A stretch of DNA of 64,000 nt from Eledone cirrhosa. Its lineage: Eukaryota. Below the pieces are notes generated by a model. That model was not told the origin of the DNA, did not search any database, and saw only the letters and a list, made by a program, of their open reading frames with translations. The DNA is taken from positions 313,038,001 to 313,102,000 of the forward strand of contig OZ024743.1 in NCBI GenBank assembly GCA_964016885.1, in the 5' to 3' direction. Below are positions 26,330-38,053 of this stretch, piece by piece; position 1 is the stretch's first letter, and every line of letters starts with the position of its first letter. A program made the translations under genes and the position numbers.

Positions 26330-26687
26330 TTTTACGTCTACCTTTCCATGCTTGCATGAGTTGGACACATCCTTTTCAGCATGGCATCTCTCCACATGTT
26401 GCGATCCTTTGTCATTACCTCTGTTTGTCTTAGTGATTTGAGGTCAGCTCTCACAACCTCTGCCTAGGTCTTTCTTGGTCTACCTCTACCACAGCTTCCT
26501 TCCACTGGTATTTCCTAGCACTTCTTCACCCAATTATCACTGTTGATGTGCAACACATGTCCAAACCAACACAGTCTTCTCTCTTGCACAACACCTCTGG
26601 TTCCTCTTAAACCCAGTTTCTCTCTCAACTCATCCAAGCTCTGCCTTTCTCTCACACTTACATTGCACATCCAACGGTGCATGGTTG

Positions 26688-26688
<1 letters not shown>
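26330..26688 (-). mobile_element. RTE-clade LINE 3' fragment
   Basis: QERRLCWFGHVLH, RGRPRKT; 5' end abuts (TA)n. Confidence 0.85.
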
Positions 26689-26746
<58 letters not shown>

Positions 26747-26749
<3 letters not shown>

Positions 26750-28785
26750 TAGCTTGGAAGTGTCACTACGAAAGGCTACTAAATGAGGAGAATAAATGGG
26801 AGAAAGACAGTCTCCCCCACATCGACCCAATAGAGGGACCAGCAGTGTTAGTCGAAGGTAGTATAATAAGTAAGGCAATCAAAGATATGAAGACGGGTAA
26901 GGCGGCTGGGCCTTCGGAAATAGTTGCTGAAATAAAGGAGATGCCTTAGATAGGAGTAACTATAGAGGCATTAAATTAATCGACCAGGTCATGAAGGTCA
27001 CAGAAAAAGTAATAGCGCAACTAATCAGAGAGAGAATTGATCTAGATGAAATGCTTTTGGGTTTGTGTCAGGTAAAAGTACCACAGACGCTCTTTTCATT
27101 GTACGGCAACTACAGGAGAAGTACCTAGCTAAAAGTAAACCCCTATACTTAGCTTTTGTCGACTTGGAGAAAGCCTTCAACAGAGTCCCCCGTTCCATTA
27201 TCTGGTGGGCTCTGAGAAAACTAGGTGTTGATGAATGGCTTGTGAGAGCTATACAAGCCATGTATAAGGAAACAGTCAGCAAGGTTAGAATTAACAACGA
27301 ATATAGTGAAGAGTTTAGCATAAAAGTTGGTGTTCATCAGGGCTCCGTTCTTAGCCCCCTACTATTTATTATTGCCCTTCAGACTATAACAGTGAAGTTC
27401 AAGACCGGCTGCCCATGGGAACTCCTATACGCAGATGATCTAACGCTCATAGCTGAATCAATGGCCAAATTAGAGAAGAAATTCCAAACATGGAAGCATG
27501 GCCTAGAAGCAAAAGGCCTTAAAATTAACCTGTCTAAGACTAAAGTTCTAGTTTGTAGGAAGGAAAATAGGGTGCCGGTCCCATCCGGGAAATGGCCATG
27601 CTCAGTGTGTAGGAAAGGAGTAGGTAGAAACTCCATTTTATGTCCCAAATGCAAAGTATGGGTGCATAAAAGATGTAGTGGGATCACAGGTAAGCTAACT
27701 AAGAACATAGATTTTATATGTGGCCGGTGCTCTGGTGCAATAAGTAGCAGCAAGTGCCCACTAAATACTAGCTCATTCCATTGCACAGATGATTCTATAG
27801 AAATAGTGGACAGCTTCCGTTACCTGGGTGACAAAATCAGCAGTGGGGAGGGTGCTCTGAAAGTATAGTAGCTAGAGTCAGAACTGGATGGAAAAAGTTC
27901 AGAGAGCTTATACCACTATTAGCTGCTAAAGGGTTCTCCCTAAAAATGAAAGGCAGGCTGTATGATGCCTGCATACGAACAGCAATGTTGCATGGCAGTG
28001 AGACCTGGGCATTGTGTGCAGAGGATATACGCAGACTGGAGAGGAACGAAGCTTGCATGCTCCGCTGGATATGTAATAGTAATATACGTGAACGGCAAAG
28101 CATAAATGAACTAAGGGAAAAATTAGAAATAAGAGGGATCAGATGTTGTTTACTCGAGAGAAGACTACGTTGGTATGGTCACGTGATGCACATGAAAGAC
28201 GACAGCTGTATAAAAAAGTACAGGGCAATAAAAATAGACGGTAGCCACGGAGTAGGAAGACCCAGAAAAACCTGGGACGACTTGATAAATTCTGACCTCA
28301 TACACTTACACCTCTCCAAGACAATGTCACTGGACCGAGATCTTTGGCGCTACACAGTAATAGAGAAGACCCGCCTTACCTAAGTACAAAGTGAAACCTA
28401 CTACAGTCAGTAGGCACCTCTAACAAAATACACCCGCGTCCCACTACCCCCACCCCATCCACACCACCCCTTTCAATGTAAAGTTATGTTGGTACCACAA
28501 CATCCAACCCGAAACAAATGAGGTCGTGTAGGTGTCACGACAAAAAAACACACAGTCCACGCTGTAATGTGGCCGTGTAGGTAACACGATAAAAACCTCC
28601 CAGTTCCACACTGTAAATGTGGTTGGTGTTAGGAAGGGCATCCAGCCGTAGAAAACCCGCCAGACAGTCCTATGCGAGCAAGACAACCACTCTTGCCTCA
28701 AGTGGGACAACTCCCGTCCAAACCCATGCAAGCGTGGAATATGGACGTTAAACGATGATGACGACGATGATGATGATGATGATGA

Positions 28786-28788
<3 letters not shown>
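26747..28788 (+). mobile_element. 5'-truncated RTE-clade LINE with RT and PHD-like finger; best-preserved copy
   Basis: GKAAGPSEI, NYRGIKL, FVDLEKAFNRVPR, YADDL, C4HC3 finger, FRYLG, WYGHVM; 3' UTR; (GAT)n tail; (TA)n on both sides. Confidence 0.95.
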
Positions 28789-28825
<37 letters not shown>

Positions 28826-29759
28826 TCTCTGCTAATTTCAGTTTACAAATTTTAAAACATAGTATCCCACCAATTGTTGTTTTGTGTCATGTCAGCTCTA
28901 ATTGAGTGCATCTATAATCAAATGCATTCCACTGTGACTACATTAATTCTTTCAAATAGTGTATCTAGGATTTGAAAGTATGTATCTGGTTTCGAATAGG
29001 TACACTACAAACCTGTGTACTGTATGTATGCATAGTCTTAGGGGTGCTGTTGTGATATTCAGTGCTCCTTAGGCATTTTGTTTAAACTTGGTGGAGTCCA
29101 TCCCTTTCTTTGTCTGAACACACCAGATTTCTTCCAGAGAAGGATAGCATGTGAAAAAGAGATATAGAGGAAGAATCAACCCCAATACTCGACTGGTACT
29201 TTTTTTTATTGACTTCAAATGGATGAATGGCAAAGTCGATCTCTGTGGGATTTGAACTCAGAAAGCTGAAATGAATACTTCAAAGCATTCTAGCCCACAT
29301 TCTAATGACTCTGACAATCTGCCACCTTCTGCATATTGTAAGAGCTAAAAAAACGTTGGCACCAGAAAGGGGCACTGACTGAAAAACCTTGCTTCATATG
29401 GGTTATAGGGTCCACAAAACTAAACCCAATTTTAAAACACTTGTTATTTTGTGGTAGTGTTTAGGTCTACAGTATGCAATGCCATTAGCAAAAGAAACTG
29501 TATGGTGTAACATGAGGAGATGTTCAGCTGTTGTTTCTAGCATGTTTAGTGAAAATGTAAAGCATTCTTCACTGACTCGTCTATCACATCACACCAATGT
29601 TATTCCATAGAGGAGTGATGTAGGGTAACCGTATCTCCAGCTCTAAATGTATATCACGGTAGTGCCCTAGCATTGTCACAGTCTAATGATCTAATAACTG
29701 AAACCAGTAAAACAAATGGTTTGTGTTTACTGTTTTCTGACTGTTTATGACTTTGCACA

Positions 29760-29779
29760 ATATATATAGATATGTATGC

Positions 29780-29878
<99 letters not shown>

Positions 29879-29888
29879 TGTGCGTGTG

Positions 29889-29934
<46 letters not shown>

Positions 29935-29985
29935 CGTGTGTGTGTGTGCATGTTATATGTATATGTTTGTATGCATACACACACA
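29760..29985. repeat. Compound (TA)n/(TG)n microsatellite
   Basis: Direct inspection. Confidence 0.95.
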
Positions 29986-30499
29986 TGATCTACTTGAGAA
30001 ATGCAACCAGTACAGGCTGTAAAGTGGTTGGTGATAAGAAGGCCATCCAGCCATAAAAAGCTTGCCAAAGAAAGGGTTGGGAGGACCATTCAGTTATGTG
30101 AGAGACATGACAATCTTCCTAGTGCTGGTACCAAGATAAAATGCCCTAGATAGAACGCAGAACCATATGGAGGTTAGTGGCCCTGCTTCAGTACTAACTC
30201 AGTCTGTGAAGACCCATTCAACCCTTGCTATCATGGAAGTTGGACATTAAATAATGATGATAATGATGATGATGATGATATACACTATTTATTCAAACTT
30301 TTACTAAGTAGGAAATAAGATAGGACTTTGATCACAATAAGGAAGTATCCTTGCTGGATATGTTAAAACTGAGTAAGTAGAAACTATATACAATATACAG
30401 AATGTAAATCTTGGATACACAAGTGGTGTAGTAGGTTAGCAGACAGAAACAGAAAATGTAGATTATGTATCTAATAGATATACAGTGATAATTGGTAGT

Positions 30500-31170
30500 A
30501 ACAACATCAGGAATAATCCATAAAAGTAGTTAATAGCTTCTGCTACCATGGTGATCTAATTAGCAGTGGATGAGGTTTCTCTGAGAGCATAGTAGATAAA
30601 ACAAGAACATGATGGAAAACGTTCAAGGAGCTATTACCCTTGTTGACAACAAAGTTTTGTTTCTATGAAAGAAAGGCCAGCTGTGTGATGCCTTCATAAT
30701 ACAGGCTCTATCTGCATGCATTGTGTAATGTTGTATGTTAGTAAGACATGGGAACTGAATGCAGAGAATATGTGAAGGCTGGATAGAAATGACTATGCTC
30801 AAATAAACGTGAACATTATATATGCATGCAAGACGAAGCATGAATGAGCTGAGAGAAAAGTTGGGTTTAAGAGGAATTAAATGTAGTGTGCAGAAGGGAA
30901 GACTGCACTGATATAGACGTCTGATGTGTATGGGTGATGACTGTTGGGTAAAGAAGAGCCAAGAAAACTTAGTGGAAGGAAGCTGCAGTAAAAGGGTACC
31001 AAGGATGACCTAGGTAGTGGTTGTGAGAGCTGGTCCCAAATTGCTGAAGCTAACAGAGGAGATGGCGAAGAACTGCAATTAGTGGAGAGATGCTGTGCTG
31101 GAAATGACCCATCCAACCCATGCAATCATGAAAAGACAGATGTAAAATGACGATAATGACGATAATGATA
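30500..31170 (+). mobile_element. Highly decayed RTE-clade LINE fragment
   Basis: Remnants of KFKELLPLL, SMNELREKLGLRGIKCSVQ and the RTE 3' end with (GAT)n. Confidence 0.7.
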
Positions 31171-31839
31171 TGTGTGTGTTGCTCGTAGGGGAAACAGATG
31201 TTAAATGATGATAATAATCTATAAAAATATATATACTCATGTAGCTAGCAGGGAAAACTAATGTTAAATGATAATAATGATGTGGATGATGATACATGTA
31301 TAATGTTTATGTATATACATGTTCATATAATGTTTATATGTGTTTATATATTCATGTGTATAAAGGGTTTATGTATATAGGAATGTCAGTATATATATAT
31401 ATATGTCTATAAAGTTATTATTGTTGGGGTGGGAGTAGGCCTGAGAATTTACTCTCTACTAAAATGCCCCAAATAGCTTGTGTCTCATATGGTCTCTGAC
31501 AACTGAAGCCCAACTCATGGCCTTTCCATGATGGAGTTGTTTGGAACTGACAAGGAGAAGGAGCAAAGGTGAGTTATAATAATAATAATAATAATGAAAT
31601 TATTGTGTACAGTGCTCAGCATAATTATTGGTGCCTTAAAGCCAGTTGCTCTTGGGTGGTAGACTGTCTAGGAAAAGGGTCACTCTGATTTTAAAACCAG
31701 GGTTAATGGGATTCCTTGATCATAATTATGACAACCTATCCGTGTGCTGGAACTCAGAAATCAGATTTCTGGATGTGTCTGTCATTGTCAGGAAGCCAGC
31801 ATATGAGGTGCTGTTCTATGTACTTATCACATTTCATTT

Positions 31840-32502
31840 TGCCTGATACTGCCAACAAGAATCCTGAGTTCCTGCATGCCATCATAACTGGTGATGAGAT
31901 GTGGGAGTAGGCATACAACCTGGAAAACAAAGCTCAGTTATCGCAATAGAAGCATTCACTGTTGTCAAGACCAAAAGAGCACATCAGGTGGGGAGCAAAA
32001 TCAAGGTAATACTAACGATTTTCTACAACTACCTGGGTGTTGTCCATCAAGAATATACACCTGAAAGACAAACAGTTACAAAGGAGTACTATCAAGAAGA
32101 CCTCTGATGTCTTCATGAGGCAGTTTGGAGCAAGGGACTTGATCTGTGGATCTTGCAAAACTGATAGCTACATCATGACAATGCCCTAGTACATTTGTTG
32201 CAGCTGACCCAAGGTTTCTTGGCAAAAAAGGCATTTTGCTCTTTTAGCAGGCTTCCTACTCTTCAAACATGTCTTCTGACCTGGTTGTTATCAAAAACTG
32301 ATATACCACTGAAAGGCTCTCAATTTGAGAGCCAAGGAGACATCCAATGGACATCAAAAGAACCATTCCAGAATAAGCATCCCAGACATACTTCAAACAG
32401 TGATGGATAGCAAGCTTATTTAGGAGGAGATTAGCACATAAACTGCACTAAGTATGTAATTTTTTCCCAGCCTAAGCTAGGATAATTTTTAACAGACCTT
32501 AG
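31840..32502 (+). mobile_element. Decayed mariner transposase fragment
   Basis: EFLHAIITGDEMW, SKIKVILTIFYNYLGVVHQEY, HHDNA motifs with stops and frameshifts. Confidence 0.85.
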
Positions 32503-32540
32503 ATGCATGTGTATATAATGTTTATGTATATACGTCTGTA

Positions 32541-33496
32541 TAAAATATATGGTGCATTATAAATGTTGTATGTAAAATGGAGGTGTGACTTATCTGCTGG
32601 GACTACAAAATCACAATTCAAAATATATATGGTACATTGTAAATATATGTAAAATGGAGGTGTGACCTATCTACAGGACCTACACAACCTTGATTCAACA
32701 TATATGGTACATTATAAATGGTGTATGTAAAATGGAGTTGTGACTTATCTACTGGGCCTACAAAACCTCAATACAAAATGTATAGTACATTGTAAATTGT
32801 GTATGTAAAAGGGACCTACAAAACCTTGATTCAAAATATATGATATATTGTAAATGTATGTAAAATGAAGACAGGACTTATCTATTAGACCTACAAAACC
32901 TCAATGCAATTTTTTTAGTACACTGTAAATATTGTATGTAAAAAGGTGTGACTTATCTACTGGGGCTACAAAATCACAATTCAAAATATATATGGTACAT
33001 TGTAAATATATGTAAAATGGAGGTGTGACTGATCTACAGGACCTACACAATCTTGATTCAAGATACATGTTACATTGTAAATGTTATGTAAAATTGAGGA
33101 GTGACTTATCTACTAGACCTACACAACATCAGTTCAAAATATATGGTACATTGTAAATGGTGTGTGTAAAATGGAAGTGTGACTTATCTACTGGACCTAC
33201 AAAATCACAATTCAAAATATGTTACACTGTAAATGTATGTAATATGGAGGTGTGGTTTATCTACTGGACCTACAAAATCTTGATTCAAAACACATGGCAT
33301 ATTGTAAATGTATGTAAAATGGAGGTGTAACTTATCTACTGGACCAATAAAATCACAATTCAAAATATACAGTACACTGTAAATGGTGTATGTAAAATGA
33401 AGTTTTGACTTATCTATGGGGCCTACAAAATAACAATTAAATATGTATATGTTACATTGTAAATGTATGTAAAATGGAAATGTGGTTTATCTACCA
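32541..33496. repeat. Minisatellite, about 13 diverged copies of about 77 bp
   Basis: Recurrent tgtaaaatggaggtgtgacttatctactggacctacaaaatcacaattcaaaatatatggtacattgtaaa. Confidence 0.9.
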
Positions 33497-34434
33497 GTGA
33501 AACCTATGTTCATATATATATAATATAGTTGTGGGGAAGAAAATAGAGTTTTAATTTCACATTTAACTCATATTTTGTCTTGTCAGTTAGGCAAAGCAAC
33601 ATAACTACTCCTTTCGCGACTTTGTTTCCTCATACCTTTTTAATAATACATCATTTTCAAGGAAATTTTGCAGCAATACAATTTTGAAGGCATTGATTAC
33701 AATTCGATCGATAAAATATAGAAGAAAATAAAAATTCTTTTCTCAATCTATTTCTAGATTTAGTTTTAGAAATTATATTGTGTTCCTCCATAAATTCTAT
33801 GACATTATCCAAAATGATATTATTTATTATCAACATAAAATTGGAAGGTATTGTGGACAAAATTTCAGAGTTTACGTTTAGTCTACTACGAACAGAAATT
33901 CAAAAGTGTATTCAGTAAATAGAAACACCAACGAACGTATTAATGAAAATATTGAAAAAAGAATTAATGAAATGTGACCAACATAATCGGCATTGGAGAA
34001 AATGTATCTCTACACAATTTCGTTAAGATTTAACCAATATTATTAAGAAAGTTACTTTGCCTTTCATCCTTACGGGGTCGATAAAATAAAGTACCAGTAA
34101 TGTACTGGGATAAGTGCTGGCCTTGTGCCAAAAAGTAGAAACAATTATTAAGAAAGTTATGAGGAAATAAAGTCAGGATGTGGACTAAGCTGTTAAAGTA
34201 ACAATGAAAGGGTTGGTGGGGAAAACCATTGGTGGATTGTGCTTAGGACATCAATTTAAAGCTTTACACTTACGCTATACACTTCAATCACATTGAAACT
34301 TATTTAATAAGTTAGATTGTAATCCTACATCCACACTTATTCATTTATATTTTCGGCAACTCAGTTATATTATTATAAATCTGGTCCAGTTTTGACTACA
34401 GGTCTACTAGAACAACACTCACTTGGCGATAAAT

Positions 34435-35062
34435 AATTGTTTCTACTTTTGGCACAAGGCCAGCAATTATCTCAGTGCATTACTGGTACTTTATTTTATC
34501 GACCCCGTAAGGATGAAAGGCAAAGTTAACCTCGGCAGGATTTGAACTCAGATCAGAAAGGGGCGTAACTCTGTGCTGCAAAGCATGTTGTCCGACCCTC
34601 TACCGATACCGCCCATAAATGAAACAATTATCTTCCTTTTTCAGTCTAAAAAAAAGTCTTAATTACTTCCCTTGGATATTTAAATCTGATCATGAGTTGC
34701 CTCCCTTGCAGAACAATTCTTCTTTTTCTTGTCGATAATAACAATCAGTCATAAATTTTAAACCTTGAATTGCAAAAAAAAAAAAAAAAAGGAAGCACCT
34801 ATTAGTTTCACCTATTAGTTTATTATTAGCTGAGTAACTAGGCGGTGGATTATTAGTATCGGTAAAACGCCAGACACAATGATTTGCAACAAAGAGTTAT
34901 GGCTCTTTACATCTTGAGTTCAAATCCCACCGAGATTAGCTTTGTCTTTCATCCTTACAGGATCGATAAAATAAAGCACCAGTAATCCACTGGCGTCGAT
35001 TTAACCAATTTTTCCTGTTCCAAAATTGCTGGCCTTGTGCCTATAGTAGAAATCATTATTAG
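34435..35062. mobile_element. Two divergently oriented tRNA-derived SINE copies (34435-34620 minus; 34840-35062 plus); a further fragment at 34050-34150
   Basis: GAGTTCAAATCC B-box and gtcgataaaataaagtaccagtaa core. Confidence 0.78.
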
Positions 35063-35392
35063 TTGAGTAACTAATCCATTCATCGGTTACATTGGTAACC
35101 GGATTGTTGATTAACTGTTGATTAATTGTCATAAAAACAAAGAAGAGACATAAAGTAATAAGAATAGTCATTGAGGTGGTCAGAGAATGTGACAAAAGAG
35201 CTTAGACAATTAACATGACAATTGACAATTAAACAACCGCACGGTTACTAAACTATCCGATGAATGGATTAGTTATTGAACCAATAATAAACTGAAGTGA
35301 AACTCAACTCGTTTGTGTTTTTATTGGTTGATGAACATCTCAAAGTATAAGAACATTATAACCTAGTGGCGTGACATATATATATATATATA

Positions 35393-35657
35393 ATATTAAT
35401 TCCAAATATTAACAAAATAGATATTCTTGTGATCAATTATATTTTATTATATATATTTCAGAGGTACTGAATTAAGTTCAACAGTACGTCCTCATCAGAT
35501 AAAATAAAATGATACATGACATACCCTGACATGGTAGATGGTTAAGATTTAATCAAGGTAGTGATTAACTGTGGAAAATATTTTCTGTAGAGTGCTTCCA
35601 ATCTACTGTAAAATTCATTCTTTGATGTATTCATTGAATCTTGTTTAACCCTTAAAT
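35393..35657 (-). mobile_element. Short non-autonomous element, family A copy 3, within (TA)n
   Basis: Homologous to 21207-21413 and 15172-15345. Confidence 0.75.
35441..35505 (-). ncRNA. Type I hammerhead ribozyme with intact core
   Basis: AUUUUAU CUGAUGA GGACGUACUG-loop-CAGUACCUCU GAAAU-AUAU-AUA^AUAAAAU. Confidence 0.8.
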
Positions 35658-35672
35658 ATATATATATACGTG

Positions 35673-36928
35673 GGAAAGTAAAAAATCGGAGAATAGACCG
35701 TTAAAACATGTTTATTTAAAACAGCACCTACGTACGTTTCGCCCAGTTGGGCTTCTCAAGGGCATAAATAATGAAAAGTGTTCCTTATATTGCTCGGAAA
35801 GAGTTTTGGGGGTTAAATCCACATCAAGGTTCATTGCTCGCAAAAATAGCTTGTGTTGATTTTGCAGCAGGTCAAGGGAGGTAACTCCGGCTGGTGTTAG
35901 GGCAGTCTTTCCCGGACATTTTTTTTTTTTTTTTTTGCCGCATCTGTTTGTCTGAGGCTGGGTCTGGTATGTAAGGATTGTTTCCTGGGTGTTATTTTGC
36001 AGCGCCTGCCCGCCGAGGTGTTAAGACTTGTTGCAGGGAGATCCGGTGTACGGTTTCACTCCTCATCCTTAACCCATCTGAAGAAGGATATTTTTAAGCG
36101 ATGTGTACAACTTATCGCTGTTTCAGCTCTGCTGTTGATGAGCTCGTGGGGTGCAGTTATGATGTGGTAGAGCTCCATGAGGCAAAGATCGCATTTCCTC
36201 TTGAAGTTGTACGGTGCAGCCCTACCGACAATCTCCCAGTGCGTGGAGAAGCTGACGTTTAAGTCCTTTAGTGATGTGATGTAGTCCGCGAGCGAAGTGG
36301 AGTGCCTTAGTTTTCTATTTGTGAAAGAGTGATGTGTTCGAAACCTAATTTTGAACGGGCCGGAGGTAGCCCCTATATAATGTTTAACGCTATTGTGGCT
36401 AGTAATAGTGCATCTATATATAACCCTATCAGTCAAGCAGTATCCTCTAAGGGGGCAGCGTCCTCTGTCGCGGCAGTTGCAATTTCTGTCGCGGTTCCGT
36501 CTATTTCCCACGGTAAGGCTATCATTGTTGCTGCCTACGTTGTTACCTACGCTACCGCAGCTGTCGTTAGCACCATTACAACCCACAGCACGCGGGGTGG
36601 TGCGATTGTTATTCCGCACGTCATGTCCTGCATGTTCCCCAGTTATTTCGCGGTTATGCTGGTTGCGTCTGCGGATGCCGTTGTCAACACTATTGGATGC
36701 TGCCAGGGAGTTGTTAAGGCCGATATAGTTATTGTCAGGTGTAGGTGCGTCTGTGTCGAGGTGCTGTGTCTTGGTGATCTTACTGTGGTTCGTTGTTCCT
36801 ATGATGTCTGCTAGGTTAGGAGTAGTAGAGAAGGATATTTTTATATTGTTCCTGTACGTACGTACGTACGTAGGTGCTGTTTTAAATAAACACGTTTTAA
36901 CGGTCTATTCTCCGATTTTTTACTTTCC
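35673..36928 (-). mobile_element. Penelope-like element, 5'-truncated, with GIY-YIG endonuclease and inverted terminal segment
   Basis: ORF 36056-36619: CNCR..CPLRGYCLTDRVIYRC...YIGAT...FKIRFRTH...CDLCLME...INSR; 35673-35737 is inverted at 36864-36928 (1 mismatch). Confidence 0.88.
35724..35763 (-). ncRNA. Minimal hammerhead, U3-A8 variant, at the Penelope-like 3' end
   Basis: GCCC UUGAGAA GCCCA-AC-UGGGC GAAAC-GUAC-GUA^GGUGC; palindromic stem III. Confidence 0.7.
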
Positions 36929-37091
36929 AATGTGCTTACGCTCTGCTAACTCTCTAGCCCACTAAATATTAACACTTCGAATATTTAATACTGCCGGCAC
37001 TAGTATCGAGCACCTTTGGCATACGCTACTTGGCAAATAACTATATGTATCACCTCTCCTCCTCTTTTTTCTCTTTCTCGATACGTAAATA

Positions 37092-37193
<102 letters not shown>

Positions 37194-37226
37194 AGTATAT
37201 ATAGGAACAAATATGTGTTTCTTTCT

Positions 37227-37976
37227 ATCTTCGGTTAGCTTTCCCCTGTGTTGTTTACTTGTCTCACTCGCTTTACGCGTTTCTATTGTCCTAATAACTT
37301 ATTTTAGTTATTATCGCTCCAACGTGAGGTATATGATTTTTAATGCGATGAAATACCCATGATCGTTTGGTAAATCACTGATGAGGGACTCATTTTATAA
37401 CATGTTATCCATGTGCAACCAGCAGTATTCTTCTCACCCATATTTTCATATATTTACCCAAACTGCAATTCTGTGTTTCCCTCTTTCTCTCTTACTGCTC
37501 CCTCGTTCTCTCTGTTTCTCTTACTTTCTTTCGTCCCCTCTGCCATGTCAGTTAACTCTTTCTCTCTACTGACCTCTTCCTCGCACTCCCACTCACTCAG
37601 TCCCTGTTTCTCCCCTTCTTTCTTCCTCCCGTTCGCTGGGAAAACGGTTTTCATTCTTTCTAACACCGGATTCACTAGCGAAAGGTCTGTTTTCTGACTC
37701 GCTCATATATTCACACGGCTTATGCTGAAAGAATAACTATGTTGCTTGTGTTTATTTCCATCTTCGGTTAGCTTTCCCCTGTGTTGTTTACTTGTCTCAC
37801 TCGCTTTACGCGTTTCTATTGTCCTAATAACTTATTTTAGTTATTATCGCTCCAACGTGAGGTATATGATTTTTAATGCGATGAAATACCCATGATCGTT
37901 TGGTAAATCACTGATGAGGGACTCATTTTATAACATGTTATCCATGTGCAATCAGCAGTATTCTTCTCACCCATAT

Positions 37977-37986
<10 letters not shown>
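37227..37986 (+). repeat. 227-bp direct repeat (37227-37453 and 37760-37986, 1 mismatch) around a CT-rich spacer; pseudo-LTR-like
   Basis: Direct alignment, 533-bp period; each copy has CTGATGAGGGA but no clear GAAA; between (TA)n tracts. Confidence 0.85.

Positions 37987-38040
<54 letters not shown>

Positions 38041-38053
<13 letters not shown>

Noticed and set aside
29654-30089. ORFs rich in YI, CV or TH
   Set aside because: Translations of (TA)n and (TG)n microsatellites; the same applies at 36962-37210, 37873-38096 and 62808-63192.
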